Source of the DNA: Ginglymostoma cirratum
Taxonomy: Eukaryota
Assembly (NCBI GenBank): GCA_024137785.1
Contig: JAHRHZ010000098.1
Coordinates: 24,048,498-24,112,497 of the forward strand
Direction: 5' to 3'
DNA length: 64,000 nt
Shown here: piece after piece, positions 26,920-40,670 of the stretch
How positions within the stretch are numbered: position 1 is the first letter of the stretch
Layout of the letters: each line of letters begins with the position of its first letter
The notes under the pieces: generated by a model
What the model was told of the DNA's origin: nothing
The model's database searches: none
Seen by the model: only the letters and a program-made list of their open reading frames with translations
Made by a program: the position numbers and the translations under genes

Positions 26920-27243
26920 ACATAGAATCATAGATACATTTGGAAGCAGGCCATTTGGCCCATCGAGTCCACACCAACCCTCTGAAGAGCATCCCACCCG
27001 GACCCACCCCCTACCTTACTCCTTTAACCCTGCATTTCCCATGGCTACCTAGCCTGCACATCTCTGGACAGTATGGGCAATTTAGTATGACCAATCCACC
27101 TAAACTGCACATCTTAGGACTGTGGGAGGAAACAGGAGCACCCAGTGGAAACCCACACAGACACGGGGAGAATGTCTGTCGGGAGTTTGCACAGATACCT
27201 GCAGGTGGAATCGAACCTGTGTCTCTGGCGCTATGAGGCTGTA
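26920..27243 (-). mobile_element. HE1-type V-SINE, tRNA head interrupted by a PLE-derived insert
   Basis: Same family as 4297-4661. The head resumes after 27356. Confidence 0.85.
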
Positions 27244-27343
27244 ACAAAAACAGAAGTTGCTGGAAAAGCTCAGCAGGTCTGGCAGCATCTGTGAAGAAAA
27301 ATATCAGAGTTAACGTTTCGGGTCCGGTGACCCTTCCTCAGTA
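27244..27343 (-). mobile_element. Short PLE-derived element with a 13-bp TSD
   Basis: CTATGAGGCTGTA at 27231-27243 and 27344-27356. Confidence 0.9.
27309..27341 (-). ncRNA. Minimal hammerhead ribozyme motif with intact core
   Basis: CUGAGGA-A-GGGUC-ACCG-GACCC-GAAAC-GUUAAC: conserved core, perfect 5-bp stem II and palindromic AACGUU stem III. Activity and expression are untested. Confidence 0.7.
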
Positions 27344-28087
27344 CTATGAGGCTGTATTGGTCTACACTGACTGAATAAATTTTGGAGATGAAAGTTTCTG
27401 AAACTGAATTATCCCCTGGACAGATTTGCTTATCGTGCTCCCCATATGGTAACACATGTGTCGCCCTGTACTTAAATGTCAGAGCAGAATAAAGCCCAAA
27501 ATCAGGCATTAATTGCCCATTTAAAGACTGTAGTTGGTGACAGGGTGGGATTTGCCATCAATATGAATTTAGTCAGGATGAAGACAGGAAGGTGCTTGGG
27601 GTTCCACCCACTATACATCTTCTTGATGAAATGCCCTCTGTGCCTCTAAACCCACCTGAGGGAAGGCATAAAATACTGCACAGTGTTGCACTTCAGTACT
27701 TTTCAATGGAGATGCTTTTCAAATCAGGACATAAGAGGGCTATGGGGCTGAAGGATTGGGAAGATCATTTATCCATGTTTTAACATTCTGGGTCATATGG
27801 ATTTCATCACTTTAACTAGTTGTGAAGTGATTTGAAAAGCTTAAATACACAATTCTTGGGAGAGCTTGCAAACATTAATGTAACCTCTTAGGTGCACGTG
27901 ACCTGAAGTATGCTTTATGTATTAATGTATTGCGATGTGGAGAGTCATTTTCTCCTCCCTGGTGGGCCATGAGAAATGACAAGGAAGTTGCAAAATGCAA
28001 AGAAAATGAAAAAAAAATTAAAATGTTGTCATTGAGGGAATAATTTCTGTAATTTTCCCTATAAGCTTTAAATGGTGATTTCACTTG

Positions 28088-29780
28088 TGGGACATGGGTG
28101 TTACTGGCTGACTAACATTTCTTGCTCATCCCTAGTTAGTTTTGAGAAGGTCATGGTGAGCTGCCTTCCGGAACCACTGCAGTCCACACGTTATAGGTTG
28201 ACCCGCAATGCCCTTAGTGAAGGATTCAGGATTTTGACCCAGTTATAGTGATGGAATGGTGAAATATTTCCAAGTCAGGATGATGAGTGGCTTGGAGAGG
28301 AACTTGCATGTGACAGTGTTCCCATGGATCTGCTACCCTTGGCCTTCTAGATGGAAGTTGTCATAGATTTGGAAAGTGATGTTGAAGGATCTTTGGTGAA
28401 TTTTTAAGTGCATCTTGTTGATAGTACACACTGGTGCTACTGAGAGTTGATGGTGGAGGGAGTGGATGTTTGTGGATGTAATGCCAATCAAGCGGGTTGC
28501 TTTGTCTTGGATGGTGTCAAGCTTCTTGAGTGTTGTTGGGGCTGCACTCATCCAGGCAAGTGCAGAGTATTCCATCACACTCTTGACTCGTGCCTGGTAG
28601 ATGCTGGATAGGCTTTGGGAGTCAGGAGGTAACTTACTCACTGCAGTATTTCTAGCCGCTGACCTGCTCTTATAGCCACAGTGTTGATGTGACAAGTCCG
28701 CTTGAGTTTCTGATCAATGGTAACACCAAGGATATTGATAGTAGGGATTCAGTGATGGTAACACCACTGAATATCAAAGCAGGTGATCAGATTGTCTCTT
28801 ATTGGAGATGGTCATTTCTTGGCATTTGTGTGGCGTGAATATTACTTGCCACTTGTCATCCCAAGCCTGGATGTTGCCTCGACCTTGTTGCATTTGAACA
28901 TGGACTGTTTCAGCATCTGAGGAGTCACAAATGGTGCTGAATATTGTGTAATCATCAGAGAACATCTCCAGTTCAGCCCTTATGATGGATGGGAAGGTCA
29001 TTGATGAAATAGATAAAGATGGTTGGGTCTAGGAAACCATCCTGAGGAACTCCTGCAGAGATGTCTTGGAGCTGAGATGACAGGCATCTAACAACCACAA
29101 CCATCTTCCTATGGACCTGGTATGACTCCAATCAGTGGTGTGTTTACCACCTGATACCCATTAATTCCAGTTTCGTTAGGGCTCCTTGATAACTCACTTG
29201 GTTGAATGTAGCCTTGATGTCAAGGGCTGTCACTTTCACCTCACCTCTGGAATTCAGCTCTTTTGTCCATGTTTGAACCAAGGCTGTAGTGAGGTCAGGA
29301 GCTGAGTGGCCCTTGGGAAACCCAAACTGGGCAATGCTGAGCAGGTTATTGCTGAGCAAGCATTGTTGGTAGCAATGTTTTTGACCCCTTCCATCACTTT
29401 ACTGATGTTTGAGAGTAAACTAATGGGGCAGTAATTGGCTGGGTTGGATTTTTCCTGCTTTGTGTGTACAGGACATACCTGGGCAATTTTCCACATTTTC
29501 ATTTAGATGTCAGTGTTGCAATTGTACTGGACCAGCTTGGCCAGGGGAGAGGCAAACACAAGTCTTCAGTACTATTACCAGAATGTTGTCAGGGACCATA
29601 GACTTTGCGATATCCAGTGCCTTCCAGTGGAGTGATTGAAATTAGCAGAGGACTAGTATCTGTAATGCTGGGGATCCCTGGAGGAGGCAACGATGGACCA
29701 TCCACTTGGCCATTCTGGCTGAAGGTTGTGGCAAATGCTTCAGCCTTATCTTTTGCACTGATATGTTGGCCGTCATTGGG
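28088..29780 (-). mobile_element. CR1/L2-clade LINE, RT domain to 3' end (decayed)
   Basis: WKIAQVCPVHTKQEKSNPANYCPISLLS; QFGF..LDIKATF; MFSDDYT; SVMEYSALAW..LDTIQDKA. Confidence 0.9.
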
Positions 29781-29984
29781 ATATCTGAAGAAGTTGCTCA
29801 CCCATCAAATGGATATAATGTAACCACATCCGACTGGAAACATTGTGAAACAATGGACATTTTCACAGAGAAACTGAAGATATAGTGACAAGTGTGAGCT
29901 GATTTACAATAAATGTTTCATCCTTGCCACCTTACGTACCAGAATGCAACTCTGACTTCAGCAGCTGGGTTGGAGGGAGTCTGC

Positions 29985-30440
29985 TCTGTGTTGTCCCCGT
30001 CATCTAGAAAGTCCTGGGCACTTGTACCCTGTGCCTTTCTTTGGGTTATGATGGCCAATTCCCGCTGACAGCCTCCTGCCCAAATGCAGGCCCACCTTCC
30101 TCAGTTTGAACTTCTGCAGGCTTTGCAACCTTTGTTTGCGTGGAACTGGTAGGACCCAGTCCCTCTGGGGTATTCGGAGTAGAAATTTCTGTAGTCCTCC
30201 TCCCCAGGGGTGGGTGGAGCGAATGAGTGAACTTGATGCATGCAATAATGAGAGTTGTAGCCCATAAGCCTTGATAAGATGAGTGTACAGTTGCAGAGTG
30301 AGAGTGAATGGTGGCCCTGTGAGTATGAGGTAGCAGGGAGAAGATGACACTTCTCTTTGCATACGCCAGACAATTATCAACTGTCTTCTTGCGATGTTGG
30401 ACACCTTACTCGAGCAGAACTGCTATATGGGTCCAGGCCG
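29985..30440 (-). mobile_element. Third Harbinger-type Myb/SANT gene remnant
   Basis: Minus strand reads WTHIA...VQHRKKTVDNCLAYAK, with a later GGG-containing exon-2-like segment. Confidence 0.4.
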
Positions 30441-30479
30441 GCTTGTCTACTAAATAGGAAGTGAGCTGTCATTCATGAA

Positions 30480-31330
30480 GTTTTATGGTGTGGGAAAAAT
30501 GGGCTGTGGGTGAAAGAACAAGAGAAAGTCTGGGATAGGATGGAATACAGAAAAGGTGAAATGACAAAGATCTCCTGGATCAAATGGGAAAGCGAATGGT
30601 AATGGTTGTTGAAAAGAAACAAAGCATTCGTTCAGCGTGAATGCCGAATTACTGAATTGCTCTGCCCAAAAGCAAAACCAAATTCAAACTGTTACAAGGC
30701 AAAAGAGAACTGAATCAAAATGAGAACAGAGTTCCTGGTCTGAAAATTTGTCAAATTCAATGCTCAGTCCAGATTGGAAGATGGGGTCCTCCACCTTGAG
30801 CTAGAGTTGATCTTCACTGAAACATTGCAGCAGGCCAAGGACAGAATGTGAGCAAGGTGCTGAATTAGAATGATAAGTATCTGGAACTATTGGGTCATAC
30901 ATCTGGATGGTGTGGAAGTGGAGGCGAGTGAGTGAAAGTCAGCCAATTTACATGGGCCACATTATAAGCAGCTAAAGCAGTAGACTAATTTGTGAAAAGT
31001 ACAAGTAATTTGTACAGGAACGTGCCAAGGTAAGGCGGCAAGGTGTCGGGGGCACTTGGAGTGGATGACGGTGTTGCAGAGGGAATGGTCCGTTTGGAAT
31101 GCTGAAAGGTGAGGAGAAGGTGAAGATGTCATTGGTGCGGTATCTTACTGGAGGTGACAAAAGATGATCCTTTGAACATGCAAGCTGTTTGGGTGAAAGG
31201 TGAAGACAAGGGAAAAGCTATCATGGTTCTAGGAGAAAGGAGAGGGATTGAGAGCAGAAGTTCTGGGAATGCATGGGGATATTTTATTGCCCTGCCAATT
31301 GCAGTGGGAGGGATTCCTCAGTTGAGGAAG
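30480..31330 (-). mobile_element. Old PLE fragment (GIY-YIG region)
   Basis: Minus-strand SVLGLLQCFSEDQL*LKVEDPIF aligns with SILGLLKCHSDATRRLQEQQIIF of the 47312 copy. Confidence 0.65.
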
Positions 31331-31711
31331 TAGCAAGAGCTATTCAGAAGCTGTAGTGTTTTGCCAAAAGCAGAAAAGCTGGATGCATATCAATACACTC
31401 TTCTGTTTCCACCAGTAATAGTTGTTACGTATCTGTACTGCAAGTATTCAGGCAGATTGCTCACAAGTAATGTTAGATTTAACATTCCTTAGAGACAATA
31501 TCATCGTAAGGTCTGCTGGGGAATAAATTAGCTGTTACAGAATTTGGAGTTTATGCTGGAGTTAATTTCTCAGATGAAATCCTTTTGCAACACCTCACCC
31601 ACCTTAAAAATATGTACCAAACAGAATTTTGTATTTTTAAACAAAAAGCCCTGAAATTGAAGTATGTTTTAAAAGATCTCAGAAAAGATACTGGACAATA
31701 GTAAAACCAAC

Positions 31712-32363
31712 ATAACAAGGTGTGGAGCTGGATAAACACAGCAGGCCAAGCAGCAACATAGGAGCAGGAAAGCTTGACATTTCGGGCCTAGACCCTTCAT
31801 CAGAAATGAAGGGTCTAGGNNNNNNNNNNNNNNNNNNNNNNNNNNNNNNNNNNNNNNNNNNNNNNNNNNNNNNNNNNNNNNNNNNNNNNNNNNNNNNNNN
31901 NNNNNNNNNNNNNNNNNNNNNNNNNNNNNNNNNNNNNNNNNNNNNNNNNNNNNNNNNNNNNNNNNNNNNNNNNNNNNNNNNNNNNNNNNNNNNNNNNNNN
32001 NNNNNNNNNNNNNNNNNNNNNNNNNNNNNNNNNNNNNNNNNNNNNNNNNNNNNNNNNNNNNNNNNNNNNNNNNNNNNNNNNNNNNNNNNNNNNNNNNNNN
32101 NNNNNNNNNNNNNNNNNNNNNNNNNNNNNNNNNNNNNNNNNNNNNNNNNNNNNNNNNNNNNNNNNNNNNNNNNNNNNNNNNNNNNNNNNNNNNNNNNNNN
32201 NNNNNNNNNNNNNNNNNNNTTCCCCTCCCCCATTTCTGATGAAGGGTCTAGGCCCGAAATCTCAAGCTTTCCTGCTCCTATGATGCTGCTTGGCCTGCTG
32301 TGTTCATCTAGCTCCACACCTTGTTATCTCGGATTCTTCAGCATCTGCAGTACCTATTACCTC
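31712..32363. mobile_element. PLE insertion with inverted termini spanning an assembly gap, 15-bp TSD
   Basis: TAGTAAAACCAACAT at 31699-31713 and 32364-32378. The arms are reverse complements and each carries CTGATGAAGGGTCTAGGCCCGAAA. Confidence 0.9.
31820..32219. other. Assembly gap (400 N)
   Basis: Run of N. Confidence 1.
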
Positions 32364-33791
32364 TAGTAAAACCAACATCATTGTCATGTTTGCAAGAACC
32401 AAGAACATCCCAACTTTTACTCCATTTCCAGTTGCAGTTATAAATAATGATAATATTCTTGAATTGTACATATTTTTTTTGAGTTAGGGAAAGGAACAAT
32501 ACAATAAATCTCATTATATCAGAGGAATACAACCATTACAGACTATGAGCTAATCATTAGTGTGAAGGGCAATTGTGAAAAGTCAAAAAAAACTCTTCTC
32601 CATAACGTCCAAAATGTACTAATTTCAGCTAAACAATGAACTATAAATAACCATTAGTCACACAAACCTGAAATGCTTTGGGATATTCTGACCTCACATA
32701 ATTGATTTCAAGCTGCTTTCCTAATGGGCTGTACATTAACTACATAGCATTGCACCATTCCCATTGCCAAGCTAAACCCAATCCAGGACAATAAAGAACT
32801 GCTTACCTCGTGGATAATTAACATTCACTTTTGAGTGAATGTATCAGTTAGATAGATTGTACAATCTAAGTACTATATCAGCAAAATTAATGATTGCACT
32901 ATGTAACCCAGTTTTTTACTTGTATTAATATAGATGTATAATAAAATACTAGGAAACACATGAGGTTGTCTGAAGGAATTTTTAGGCCGGTACCAACCTT
33001 GCAGCAAAAGTAACCAGACATAATGAACTTATACGCAAATATAATCAAAGATTTGATTACAATAGTGTCCTTTCTAAGGCAGGGGAGTTGATTTCTCAGA
33101 AACCATTTTATATTTTCATTGAGGGAAGAATGATTAAGGGTTAATGTTTCACTGGAGCTATATTGTTTATTGAACCTCCTTGCTGAGCTCAAGAATTTGC
33201 CACAAAGCATATGAAGAGCTATATGCATAATGCAGGAAGAGGTCTCATTTTGCCAGTCTGAATGGCAACTTGAATCAATTTGAGAAGGCATTGAAGTTGG
33301 ACAATTAAACACGGACAAATTCTGAATTAAAGGATTATAAATGTTGTAGTTGTTTTCTGGAAGTACTTTGTGTTTCTGGTGTAAAAAGAATTCTGAATGC
33401 TAGGTTGAGCACATAAGTTTCTACACATGTTTGAAGACTTGGAATTTAAAGACTGACTGAGGGAAAGAAACTTCTTCTGAACCACTCAGTTCCAGTCTAG
33501 GAGGCAAAGAGGGAGGTAGATTCATTCATTATTAGTGTAGGATGGGGTCCTACGGAAGCATTGTTTGTTCTGTATGTACTTGGAGTGCCTATTTAGATCA
33601 AGGCAGTTTGTCTAAGATTTTGCCTAGGGCAGAGGGCAATCAAAGTTTGTTAAAGTGTTTAAAACGCTTAATTAAATATTTATACAAAAATGTTGAAAGC
33701 TTTTTTTAAAAATTTGTAATGTATAACTTTATTAAAATCATTATAAAATGTACACCTGCCTTTGAGCTAAAGGCTGACCACAGGGGACATA

Positions 33792-34075
33792 CTGGGGCAG
33801 CATGATGTCTCAGCAGTTAGAACTGTTGCCCCACAGCTCCATGGATCCAGGTTCAATTCCATCATCAGATGACTGTCTATGTGGAGTGTGCATGTTCTCC
33901 CCATCCCTGCGTGGGTTTCTTCCCCTGGTCTAAAGATGTGTAAGTTAGGTGGATTGGCCATGGGAAGTACAGGGTTACAGGGACAAGATGGGTCTGGATG
34001 GGATGCTCTTTGGAAGGTCAGTGTGGACTTGATGGGCTGAATGGCCTGCTTCCATACTGTAGGGATTATAGACAT
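33792..34075 (+). mobile_element. HE1-type V-SINE with internal deletions
   Basis: TGACTGTCTATGTGGAGTGTGCATGTTCTCCCC and GGGCTGAATGGCCTGCTTCC. Confidence 0.85.
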
Positions 34076-36124
34076 CATGGAGGGCATATGGCATCCTCCA
34101 GAATTTAGCTCACAGCAGGGGTCCCCACTGATCCTCATCAATGAGCCTTGCTGTAGCAAGAATTTGAAATTTTTTCTGCAGTTAGTGGATTAGTTAAATT
34201 TGTGCTAGTCCACACAGTCATCAGTGAAGACTACTTGCTTACCACTGATGGCAAAATCTGGGCCAGTGTGCACAGCCAAGCTAGTTCCTTGTCTAACCTT
34301 GTCCCTCCTGCACTCAATGTTCTCCAACCACAGTTGCTATCTCTCATCGGACATGCGCTTAGAGTTTTCACCACATGACTAACCAGCTCCAACTGTCCCC
34401 TCCAGAGAAAAACATCTCTGATATTTTTCTAACTAATAAATGAAACCACTGGATGACAAAATTGTGCCTTGTTTTTAAGATATTTTCTTTTTTCTTCCCT
34501 GGGATGCAGTCTGTACATTCTAGATTTTCTTTTATTTCTCAAGACTCTGAAACAGTTTTGGAGGCATGACATCATACGTCGAACTTAGGTCTTGTAAATG
34601 CACCTCTCTTTGTCCCAGGATTTGCATATGTTCATTTTCTTAAGTTTTCACTTAAACCTCGGATATGATTTAGCCTCCAGCAGAGGATTTTACTTGTTGG
34701 AGAAATGTTTATGTTATTCCTCCTTACATAAGAAAGTAGGTACAGATAGCATAGTCCTGAAGAATGCAAAATCATTCATTTTTGTAAGCAAACAATCTTA
34801 TATATAAAAATCAATCAGTAGACATCAAGGATTCAAATTAAGATGTTGCCTAAGATCTTTATACCCTCAGATCACGTGCTATGATGTGGAGATGTTAGCA
34901 CAAGCAATTCTCTTAAAGGTATACTGCCATACTGACTGAGAGACATAATGCAATAATCTCTGCCTTTCCACTCTCTCCACCTTTAAAAACATTCCAGGGA
35001 TCCAGTTTTTGTTTAAACTTTCAGTAACTCTTCCACGGTCACTGGTCATCATTTTCTGGTTCCTTTCATCTGTATTTTCCTCTTTGCCATTACATCATGT
35101 TAAGACTTGTTTTGTACATTAAGTACATGCTATATAATAGCATCTTATATTTGTGTAGAACCTTCGTCATTGTAAAATTTCCAAATGTGCTTTGCAGGTC
35201 CAATATTGAATTAAATTTGACAGAAGATCACATAAACAGACATGAGAACAAATGGGCAAAATATTGGTCAAATAGAAGAATATTAAAGAGTATTTCAAAG
35301 AAGGACAGAGAGATGGAGATGTTCAGATAGAATTTCAGAGCTTAAGGCCTAGGCAGTGAAAGCACAGTCACCAATATATAAACACGTAAATCCATGTTAT
35401 TGTTTTTAAAGCATTGTGTTCATTCAAATAGCCTGAGGGTGTTTTTCAAAATGAATTTGACTTCTTACAATCCGAAACCTGTGCCGTTAGTTCTGCCATG
35501 CAGACAAGTCATACCCCAGGTCCGTGATTAACCCTGACTGTGCCAAACATGCTGACTGGAAATTGAGTTAGACATGCAGTGCACTTTAAGTTTATAAAAT
35601 GGTGGAAGATTCCTTGCTCAAAGCCAACTTTCATAGTTTAAAACAATTAGTCCAATTTATTTAAGTTTGAATAATGTACTGAAGTGAAGGTATTAATACA
35701 AGTAATATTTTAAAATTCATCAATCACAGAGAATCCATTAGCACATATTGCTCTCTTAATTTATTCTTGAATGAAACAGTGCCTTGGAACACTCTATTGC
35801 AGTATCAATCAGATATTCAAATAAAATATGCAAGTTGATCATTCATGGAGCCCTGGCTTTAGCAGCCTTTAGAAATCCACTTAGATCTAAAGGACACAGA
35901 AAGGTCAGCATCAGATTTCCCCTTAATTCCTTTGCAGTAAGATATAAATTCTTTCATACAGACAACAATCTCATTAATGTTTAAGCATAAACATCTTGGC
36001 AAGAATTTAGTGCAAATTTGTGACAAGCACCTTTTATTGCCAACAAATTGGAATCAAAGCCATTTTTTGACTCAAGATCAGTTGCCCAAATTTTCTTTTT
36101 AGTTGTTGCCTTGATCCATTTCAG

Positions 36125-36550
36125 TAGCATACTGGTGATGTTACAGGACTAGCAATCTGGAGATTTGAATTTCGATCCAACCATGGCAGCTGGAGGAATT
36201 TGAACTCAATTTCTTAATAAATCTGGAATAAAATGGTGGTATTCTTATCATGGAAATACTGGACAGCTGTAAAAACCCATTTGGTTCACTAATGCCCTTC
36301 AGGTGATGGAATCTCTTACCCATTTGGCATGCACATAACTTCAGATTCACAGCAATTTTTAAAAACAAGCTAACCTATTTTTCCTAATCAACCTGTTGAG
36401 AGATGTTATTACACACTCCAGAGCAGGTGGGACTTGAACCCAGGCCTCCGGCTCCAGGTGTAGGGAACACTACTACTGAGCCACAAGACGGCCCCTATAG
36501 TTGGCTGCTAACTGCTCCCTGAAATGATTTGGCACACCATTCATTTAAGA
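36125..36550 (+). mobile_element. SINE of the 490-805 family with a nested minus-strand tRNA-derived element (~36375-36497)
   Basis: AAAACCCATTTGGTTCACTAATGCCC body. The nested element has GGGACTTGAACCCAGG (reverse B-box). Confidence 0.7.
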
Positions 36551-36972
36551 TCAAATCACCACAGAACAAAACACAACATGTGTTCCCAAGGCACACAGAA
36601 ATTCAAGAACGTGGGGCCTTCTTAAGGACTACTGGAGAATCAAAATAAATCATATCCCCAAGAGGTAACCAAATGAAATTTGCCCAGTCAGAAGATAACT
36701 AATTTTTATGGCCTGCAGTGGAAGATTGCAGGAATCATTCTCAGAACAAGGCCCCACATTTCCTCAGTTCCCATTTACAGTGTGCTAGGAACTAGTATGA
36801 GTTCATATAGTATAAGACATAGCTATTGGTAGGATCATCTAAGACTCAAATGTGAGGAGATTTTGATCCCAAAGAGTCAAGAGAGTTTGAGAAGTTATGG
36901 CTTCTTCTTACACACATGTGCATAGGTACAAATATTGTTAGTGAAATGTGAAAGGTAACAAATTTTTATCCA

Positions 36973-37095
36973 TTCTGAAGAGGGTCTTTGGACTTGAAAC
37001 ATTAACTGTGCTTTCTCTCCATAGATGGTGCCAGACCTGCTGAGTTTCTCCAACAATTTCTTCAGCATCTAGAGTTCTTTATTTTAATTTTATGC
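36973..37095 (+). mobile_element. Short PLE-derived element with degenerate hammerhead
   Basis: CTGAAGAGGGTCTTTGGACTTGAAACATTAAC...CCAGACCTGCTGAGTTTCTCC. Confidence 0.7.
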
Positions 37096-37559
37096 TGATC
37101 GTATTTTTTACAGATCTAAGTGATCTGGATTAAAAACACTGAATACCAAACTTTACAAGATGATAGGAAGAAAGTACGAGTGCCCGGCCAGCAGGATGCA
37201 GATTTCTGACTGTAAGTCATATGATGCTTGGCTCTGCATCATAAAAAGTGGTTGCTCCAATAACAATTTTAAGATGCTCTGGGGTAATAATATTAAGAAT
37301 GTACATCATCACATTACTGCAAAATCAATACTCATGGCATCTTTGTATGGGAAGAACTAAAAGACAGAGAGACTTGACTTGCTGGTGTTTTACTGCAGCA
37401 TTTACAGAGCCTGCATTTAAAAGAATGTGACTCAGCTTTGTACTTGTAAGCTTCAACTTCTGAGAGGGTTAGGTGAGCAAATGAGAAGATGCCCACTTGG
37501 AAGCAGATGTATGTGTTATAATTAAGACTGTCATATCAGAGGCGAGACAGCCATGTGAT

Positions 37560-38400
37560 AGAAAACAGGAATAACATGTATTTACATGACACCTTCAACG
37601 AAGGAAAGTCTCCCAATGTGCTTCACAGGCATATAAGATATTTAACCTATGATAAAGCAAAGAAGGAATGGTTAGGTGAGTTGAGAAAAATCTCAGTCAA
37701 AGTAGAGGGCCTTGTGGAGCCTCTAAAGGAGGCAGAATGGAGGGGTTCAAAGAGGGAATATCAGAATGTAGGACTTGGATGATTGAAGATATGAATGACA
37801 AATGGTAGGGCGTTGCGAGGAAGAATGCACGAGATGCTCTATTGAGAGCAAGAGGCTTTGTGGGAAAATGTGTTGAGTTATAGGAGATTACTGAAGTAAG
37901 GCACAACAAGGATGAGAACAGAGAGCTGTGACACAATGGGTAGCATTCTGCCTCTAAGGACTTGAGTATCACAGTTTTGGACAAAATGAAGTTTATTCAG
38001 TTTGTAGGATGGAGGACAGTCAGGAAATTATTGGAGTCATTCAGTCTGGAGGAGTCAAAGTCATGAATGAAGGATTCAGCAGCCAACGAGAGAACCTGAA
38101 TATAAATCAATATCAGACAACACGACTGAGGTGGAATAGGTAGTCATTGTGTTGTGGCAGTCTCAAGTCCTCACAGTGTCACCAGCTGTGGTGAAACTAT
38201 GCCTGGTCCCATGAGTACTAGTGAAAGGAGTCCAGGATAAAGAAAAGCATGGTGGAGGGGGAGGACTAGTAGTGAAGTAGGGGTTGAGGTCACAAGGCTA
38301 GAGGAGAATAGGGGGTTATGGGTAATGTTCAAAAGCCAAGTGGGAGGGTGCACCCAAGGGAATGTTAGAGAGGTTGCCTTATCCTAAAATAGTAGGGTAG
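37560..38400 (-). mobile_element. Decayed L2-like LINE fragments
   Basis: Purine-rich plus strand, an L2-like 3' end near 37570 and a weak endonuclease-like 'CDLN' at ~38285. Confidence 0.35.
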
Positions 38401-40274
38401 GGGGTAGGAATTGAGGCATCTTAGGGGTTATCTTCCATGTCCTACACTACCACTGCCTCCTTCCCTTTCCTACCCACAGCCCAAGCATTCTAACCTGCCC
38501 CACTCCAGGCCCCACCCTTCCATTGCCAGGTGGAAAGTGGGCTTCAGTTGGCAGGGGGGGGTAGCTTTTTCAGCAGGTATGCTGCTAGCTGGCCTCACCC
38601 TTAACCCTCATAACATTTCCGAGAGGTTGTGGGCAGGTGGGGAGATGGCAGGAAAACCAGCCGAGGATTTTTACAGGACACTTCATGTCTCCACGCCCAC
38701 AGGCAGGAGGCTGTAACATACTGCCCAAATTTACTGTTCATGGACCACATTGCATCCCACACCAGCAGATATGTTACTTTGACATGAGTGATCAGGAGAT
38801 AGAAAAGGCATGCTATTTCTGATTGCACCATCTATGATAGAGGCAGCAGCAGAGAACGTAGGAAGGACCTGTCTTCGGGTTCACAACATGTGGAAATGGA
38901 ATCTATAATTGTTTGTGTTGTACAGCTAGCATGTGGTTGAAATGTGGCTGGGCCTTAGTATTTCTCCCCAAATTTAGCCTAAAGCCTCTTGTGCTGAAGT
39001 TCCGCCATAATTGCTTATCATTCAATATACTGGTATTCTGAAAGCTGCCCTCGCACTAGCCTCACCTCTGCTTTCATTCAACTCCTTTTCAGCTCAAGAG
39101 CAGGGTATCCATTCATTCTAGTTTCTCTTTGCAGTTTAATGTTCTGATCAACCTTCTCTCAATTCTTCCTTGCAATCTCGCAATGACTTGATCATTTGAT
39201 CAGTTTTTTTTTAAAATTTACCAGCCTGTGATAATTATTTTCATCTCTATTTCTAGATCATTAGGGTTTGCTCTTAATCATCATAAATGTACAGTTACAT
39301 TTACATGTAAAATAGCTCTAAAATCTCAGCCCACCCTCACCCCCCACTAATGTTCGTGGTATCTTTGAAACCAATGGAACATACATCTCCACAATTAGTG
39401 ATTTCACTGACTTCAAGCACTAATACTCTCTTCTTGTCTTAAATGTAATTTTCTCTCTTCAGGAACCTCACCATGGCCAGGAATTCTTTAAGCAATGTAG
39501 TGAATTATTTATGAGTGCTTCAAAAATCTAGATATTCTGGTTGTATCTAATTGGACTCAGATCATTGGTACTGATCCATTAGAAGAGAATATGCTCAGTA
39601 GAATAATAGGGCCCATAAAAGTTAGCAGATGTAGTATCTTTATGACCTCATAAAGCAAATGGTTTTTATTGTTATTGAGCAAACACGTAATCTGATCTTT
39701 ACAACACAATATTTGAGACCAATAGAAGCATCACTGAATGCATTAAGGGTAGGGATCCATGGCAGGTTTTGCGTTCTGAGCAATTAGCTTTAGCACGCTA
39801 AGTCTTTTCTACTTTTGCTCTTACATAATATATTACTGACTTAATTAGGCAGCAGTTACTGCATTGATACTGCTGTCTCATTCAGCAGCAGCAATGCTTC
39901 TTTCAACCAATTGAAGAACAAGTCATCGTTCAACATGGACCACTTTCCCGGTACTAGCCATACTCACTTAATAGATACTGTGATGTTCATTCACATGTAC
40001 AGATAATTATGGTATAGACAAAGGTTATAATTAGATATTAAGAGGGCTTTGTACAGGTGGTATAGGAACTTGTATTAATTTGGATCCGAGCTTAATTGGA
40101 AACTGCTGGGAAATGCTTGCTCCATATCTAAACTCACCGTTAGATCGATTAATGTAAATGCGAAATGTTTTTGTTTCTGCTGATTTTCCATCAAAGTTAT
40201 AGGGACCAATTGGAAAACGTTCTGAGGAACTTCTTAGTAACCATGTTGATTGCTATCGAGCAAAGTATAACTTA

Positions 40275-40670
40275 AAAAGCAAGAAAGACTTGCATTTATA
40301 TGGCAACATTCATAACCAATGGATGCCTTGAGGCACTTAATTGTCAATTAAGTTTTGTCAAAGTGTGGTCAGTCTGTGGGGTCTCAGGAACAATATCCCA
40401 ACAGCAACAATGTTTGAATGTTAAATATTCATCAGAACTTCAGGGATAACTTCTTTACTCTTTTCAAAATAAAAATATGGGATATTTTACTTCTAACTGA
40501 GGGTGCAGGCAGACCCTCAGTTTATCATCTTATCTGAAAGACAGGATGTCCAACACCACAGCACTCCCTCTGTTCTGCATGGATTGTCAATGTTGACTTT
40601 TTGCACTCAATTCCTGCAGCGGGACTTGAACCCTCAGGCAAGAGTTCTCCCAAATGACCCACGGCTAACA
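40275..40670 (-). mobile_element. Deu-domain SINE (SacSINE1/AmnSINE-like)
   Basis: Deu-domain-like GTTTATCATCTTATCTGAAAGACAG...CAGCACTCCCTC, reverse B-box GGGACTTGAACCC and L2-like tail AAGACTTGCATTTATAT. Confidence 0.75.

Noticed and set aside
31679-32366. Long ORFs on both strands (also 55189-55671)
   Set aside because: Artefacts of N gaps flanked by repeats.
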